Translations under genes and position numbers: made by a program
Assembly (NCBI GenBank): GCA_002104945.1
Contig: MCFH01000004.1
Location: 1,178,001 to 1,242,000 of the forward strand
Direction of reading: 5' to 3'
From: Piromyces finnis finn
Lineage: Eukaryota; Fungi; Neocallimastigomycota
DNA length: 64,000 nt
Shown here: one piece after another, positions 53,471 to 64,000 of the stretch
Numbering within the stretch: position 1 is the first letter of the stretch
How the letters are laid out: the number at the start of each line of letters is the position of its first letter
Notes under the pieces: generated by a model
The model's input: only the letters and a program-made list of their open reading frames with translations
Told to the model about the DNA's origin: nothing
The model's database searches: none

Positions 53471-54950
53471 AAATTTAAAAATATATAAAATGTTAATTTG
53501 GTAAACAAATGTTATATCACTTTTTTCCTTTTTATTTAAATAATAAATAATTTATAAAAATTTATGTAATTCATTAATTATAATTAAAATATTAAAAACA
53601 AAATTCTAAGATTTAAGATATGAATATTTATTAGAGAGTAATATATATTCAATCAATACTTTTAAAAGAAGAAGAAAAAAAAAGTTCTTGTATTTTAAGA
53701 TTTCTTTATATATATATATATTTTTTTTAAAGAAAAAGGCCTTTCATCTAATAATTTTATACTATAATAGAAAGTATATATAAATACTAAAGATAGTTAT
53801 TTTATGGTAAATACATTAATAATACATTGTTTTAATGTATAGTAAGTATTTTAATAGCTGTTTAATCTAAAATTAAAATTTGTATTTTTTGATTCGAAAG
53901 AGCAAAATTAATAATCATCAACTTTATCTATTTTCATCATCATTGTTATTGTTATATATATATTTATCGTTTTATTATTATTATTTTAAAAATCTTTAAT
54001 TTTAAAATAATACATATAAATATTTTATAAATATATATTATTAAAAGTTTTTCTAAAAATAGAAACATTTTAATGATGTTTAGAAATGAACAAATAATAA
54101 TAATAATAATAATTAATAAAAGAGAGAGAGAGAGAGAAAAAAAAAAAAAAAAAAAAAAAAGAAAAAAAGAAAAAATTAAAAAACAATTAATTATGAAGCT
54201 AATAAGTTATATATATATATATATATTTTCTTTTTCTAATTTTCTTTTTCTCTTCCTTCCTTCCTTCTTTCTTTCCTTTTTTTTTTTTCTTTTTCTTTTT
54301 TTAAATTTATATTTATATTTATATTTATATATCCCACTTTATCTTTTAAAATTTGTATTTTTAAAACCTTTTTTTTTTTTTTTTTTTTTTTTCTTTTGAT
54401 AAGATCATTGATAATACAAATAAATATAATTTTTATTTAAATTTATATATTTTCTTTAAATTATATATGCATAATAATTAAATTAATTATTGTATATATT
54501 ATTTTATTTTTGCATATATCAAATTTTAAATCTAAAAGTCAATTATTCATATTATTTATCATGATATTTATTAATAGGGATTTCCTTTCTTTTCTTTATT
54601 ATTATTGCTATTATATATTGTATTGAAATTATTATATTATTATATTTATATATTTCATTCGTTTTTTAATTGATTTTTGTATATATATTAAACAATTATT
54701 TATTAGCAACAATAACTTTAATAATAATAATAATAGTAATAACAAAAACATAAAAACTATTATTAAAAATATATTCATTTCTAATAAATATTTTTTGTTT
54801 TATTTATTTTGTTATAGGGGGTTTTTCTTCAAAAGTATACAAGCTTTTAAATAGAAAATTTAGAAATTTGGATAAAGAAAAGTTGAAGAAACAGAAGGAA
54901 ATAAGATAAATAAAGTAAAGTAAAATAAGATAAAATAGAATATAATAGAA

Positions 54951-55005
<55 letters not shown>

Positions 55006-55198
55006 TAATAATAATATAATTATTATTATGTTATAAAAAAATATAGAAGTTCGATTATTATAATTTATTGAAGAATTAATTAAAATTTAATAATAATAAT
55101 ATTATAATATAAAATATTATGTTTTAATTTTAATTGTAATAATTATTTTAAAATATAAAAAATAAAAACCATAATATAAATATTAAAAAGGTTTTAAA

Positions 55199-60964
<5,766 letters not shown>

Positions 60965-61289
60965 ATTTGCATAATAATCCAAATTATATTATCAAACAAC
61001 ATAACTTATATTATTACTATTGAAAAATATTAAATTAATGTGTAATTTTTTTTTTACTTTTTTTTTTAATAATTAATATCTTATATATCCAAAAGTTGAA
61101 AATGACAATACTACTAATAATAATGATAAAAAAAAATAAAATACACAATATAAATATTTAAATATTTATCTTTTTTAATAATTTCGAAATATTAGTTGTT
61201 AAAAAGTAATTTATATTATTAAATGTTATTTAATGGAATATTATTATAAAAATTAATTTGGTGTTGAATTATTTCTTTTTTTTTTTTAT

Positions 61290-62609
61290 TTATTTATTTA
61301 TAAAAGCAAATAAATTAGTGAATGAGTTATAGCATAATATATCTATTTATATATTTTACATACTTAAAACATCATCAGGATTTATTTTTGAATAGAGTTC
61401 ATGACACCACTTAAGTATATGTGTATAAAAGTACATATTATATTAATAATATAATAATATAAATATAATATATTATAAATACTTTTTTTTTTTTACCTGT
61501 GAAAAAGTTTTATATATTCCTATATTTAAGTTTTTCAATCCAAAATATAAACTTGCTATTGCGATTGCTTTATGGGAATAATTTATACAAATTTCAGGAT
61601 TTAAATAACAATCATTAATAAATGACCACGATACTTGTGTTAAATGCCTTAATACATTTTCTATTTATGTGAAAGATTCAATTTAATTTAATGTAATATT
61701 TATATTTATATTTATACATATTTAAAGATTTACCTAAATTTAATGAAATACTTCTTTTATAATCATATTTTAAATCACAAAAATCCGAAATTAAATAATC
61801 TTGAAAAAACCTTTGTAAATATTGATAAGCTAGTTTTGTATTGACATCAAATTTTAATACTCGAAGTAAAATCAATTCAGAATTAACCAAGGAATTACAA
61901 AATTTCCAAAAATTCTTAAATTATACATTTTCTTATGTTAATATAAAATTAAATATTTTTTTTTTTTTTTTTTAAGCATAACAAAAATATATATATTTAC
62001 ATCATCTATTTTTAGTGTTTTTTCTTCAGGATGCTGTACTCTTACAAATCAATATTAAATATAAAATTAATTTATAAATTTTATATTGAATTAAATTATG
62101 AGATTTAATATTACCTATAACCAACATTTATTACATCTCGAATTTTTCTGTTCACTTCATTTGATTTACAAGCAAGATATAAACAAGTGCAACATAGAAG
62201 CTATTATTATTGCATATTTTATTTATTTAATTTGTCTATATTTTAATTTTTATATCTACATACTATACTATATATAATAATTATAATTATATACTTCATT
62301 ATCAAGTGGTGTATCAATTTCAGGGTCAATAATTTTCTCCTTTATTTGATTTTCTTGATTGTTTATATTTTTTAATTTATAGTGATTATTAAATTTATGA
62401 AAAAATGTTAATGCCAAAGAAAACGTTTGCTGAGATCTTAAATATTGTCAAAAATAATAAAATAATAATAAAATATTAATTTAATTTATATACATATATA
62501 TATATTTTAACTATTTTGACATGAAATTTAATTAATTTTATTACATTTTTAATAAATCAGAACATTTCTTCATATATTTTATATAATAAGCATATTCATA
62601 CTGGTTCAT
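61290..62609 (-). CDS. Transcriptional-type cyclin, cyclin Q (FAM58/cyclin M)/cyclin L-like; last exon tentative
   Basis: Spliced product MNQYEYAYYIKYMKKCSDLLKISQQTFSLALTFFHKF..LLCCTCLYLACKSNEVNRKIRDVINVGY..HPEEKTLKIDDNFWKFCNSLVNSELILLRVLKFDV..VSWSFINDCY..AIAIASLYFGL, i.e. two cyclin boxes. Confidence 0.8.
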
Positions 62610-63670
62610 TTTAATAATAATTTGGATGTGTTATTAATTCTTTTATTTTATATTTTGTATATAAGTATGATATCATAAAAATATTAACATTTATTTTTTT
62701 TAAATGAAATGTCTTTGAAATCTAATTTTAAATATTTTAATTATAAATAAATTATTTTTAATCATAGTAACATAATAAATTCAATATGTATCATACATTT
62801 TATTAATTATAAAAAATAATAAATAAAGTTTAATATACCAATACAATTAAAAGATAATTGTGATATAACCATTTTAAAAGTTATTTAATTTATTAAATAC
62901 TTTTAAAAAAAGAAATAAAAGAATAAAAATAAAAATAATAGAAAAAAAAATATTAATTTAACCGAAAAATAATAAATAAGAGTATAAACAAGTAAATAGC
63001 ATTTATTTTCGATAAAATAGTAAATTAAAAAAAAAAAAAAGATAAAAAATAAAAAAGAATAGAAAAAAAAAAAAAAAAAAAAAGAGTAAACAAAAATAAA
63101 TAATAAAAATAATAAATCAAAGATTGATTATAAAATAAAGAAATATTATATATATAATATTGTTATTATTAGAACAATTTGAAAAGATTCATATATATTT
63201 TTTTATTAATAGAATAAATTGAAAAAAATTGAAAGAATAAGCTTAAAAACATATCTATTTTATTATTCAATATTTATTTCATTTATTTATTATTAATTTT
63301 AAATTAAAAAATAAAACAATAACAACAATAATAAAAACGAAAGCAAATACAAAAACAATAGAAAAAAAAAAATAATAAAAAATAAATAAAAAATAAATAA
63401 AGAAAAAAGTAATAATAAATAAAAATAAAAATAAATAGTAATAACATTATTATTATAAAAGAAATTATTAATCCCATTTTATATATTTTAATAAAATTCC
63501 GCAAATTAAAAATAGACAAAAAATATATATCACAATATTATATATATAATAACAAATACAGGAATAATAATAATATCTTTAATAATAAAGAATATTAGAT
63601 AAATTCTTAAATTATTGAATTATTATAATTATCATTTTTGTAAATATTATTTATAGGATAATTAAACATA

Positions 63671-64000
63671 ATGCTCACCTGGTGGGCTTTTGGTAATATC
63701 TGCTTATTTGCAGGTTTAATTTATATATTTTTACAGTATGGTATTCCAATTTTATGGGATAAGCTTCAAGAAAAATATGGATTTAAAATAGGATTATATA
63801 ATTTTTATAAATATAAATTTGAATTTTCGGCTGATAAGATTCATGGTATTAATAAAGGTCTTATTATAAACAATGTTGGTTCTATTGAAAAAATTAATAT
63901 GACAGCTTTAAGAATATTGCCAAAAATATCCTTTTCAAGATTAAATAAGCATTGGTTTACAGTTGAAATCCAAAATCTCTGTATATTAATTGATGGTAAA
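63671..64000 (+). CDS. 5' part of an N-terminally membrane-anchored protein running off the window; possibly a bridge-like lipid transfer protein (FMP27/BLTP2 type)
   Basis: Open frame MLTWWAFGNICLFAGLIYIFLQYGIPILWDKLQEKYGFKIG.. with no stop to 64000 (hence absent from the ORF track). A TM helix followed by beta-like sequence; the family guess is weak. Confidence 0.55.
   Translation, partial: MLTWWAFGNICLFAGLIYIFLQYGIPILWDKLQEKYGFKIGLYNFYKYKFEFSADKIHGINKGLIINNVGSIEKINMTALRILPKISFSRLNKHWFTVEIQNLCILIDGK

Overview
Extremely AT-rich, intron-rich eukaryotic genomic DNA. The fungal dockerin (CBM10/NCDD) cellulosome enzyme, base composition and long homopolymer/(AAT)n tracts point to an anaerobic gut fungus (Neocallimastigomycota); this is inferred, not confirmed by a search. 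Genes rebuilt by reading splice sites, left to right: a Q/N-rich C2H2 zinc-finger factor (3' end unresolved at the left edge), a small intronless 4xCxxC orphan, Cdc25, Nup84/Nup107, Tom70, a small secreted membrane-anchored protein of three degenerate dockerin-like repeats, a PP2C phosphatase, a near-full-length APE-RT LINE with a damaged C-terminus, a dockerin-bearing enzyme with three tandem GH6 domains, beta-tubulin, a Cdc12-type septin, a homeodomain + TFIIS-N + RVxF (PNUTS-like) protein, a cyclin Q/L-like gene, and the start of a membrane-anchored protein at the right edge. Most unusual: (1) a patchwork at 32404-33254 built from LINE 3'-end repeats plus short pieces identical to the interior of the adjacent LINE, joined at microhomologies; (2) the non-catalytic dockerin-like protein with a C-terminal transmembrane anchor; (3) the triple-GH6 enzyme; (4) the homeodomain-PNUTS architecture. 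No rRNA, tRNA or CRISPR-Cas locus was recognised. All family calls are by motif recognition by eye.
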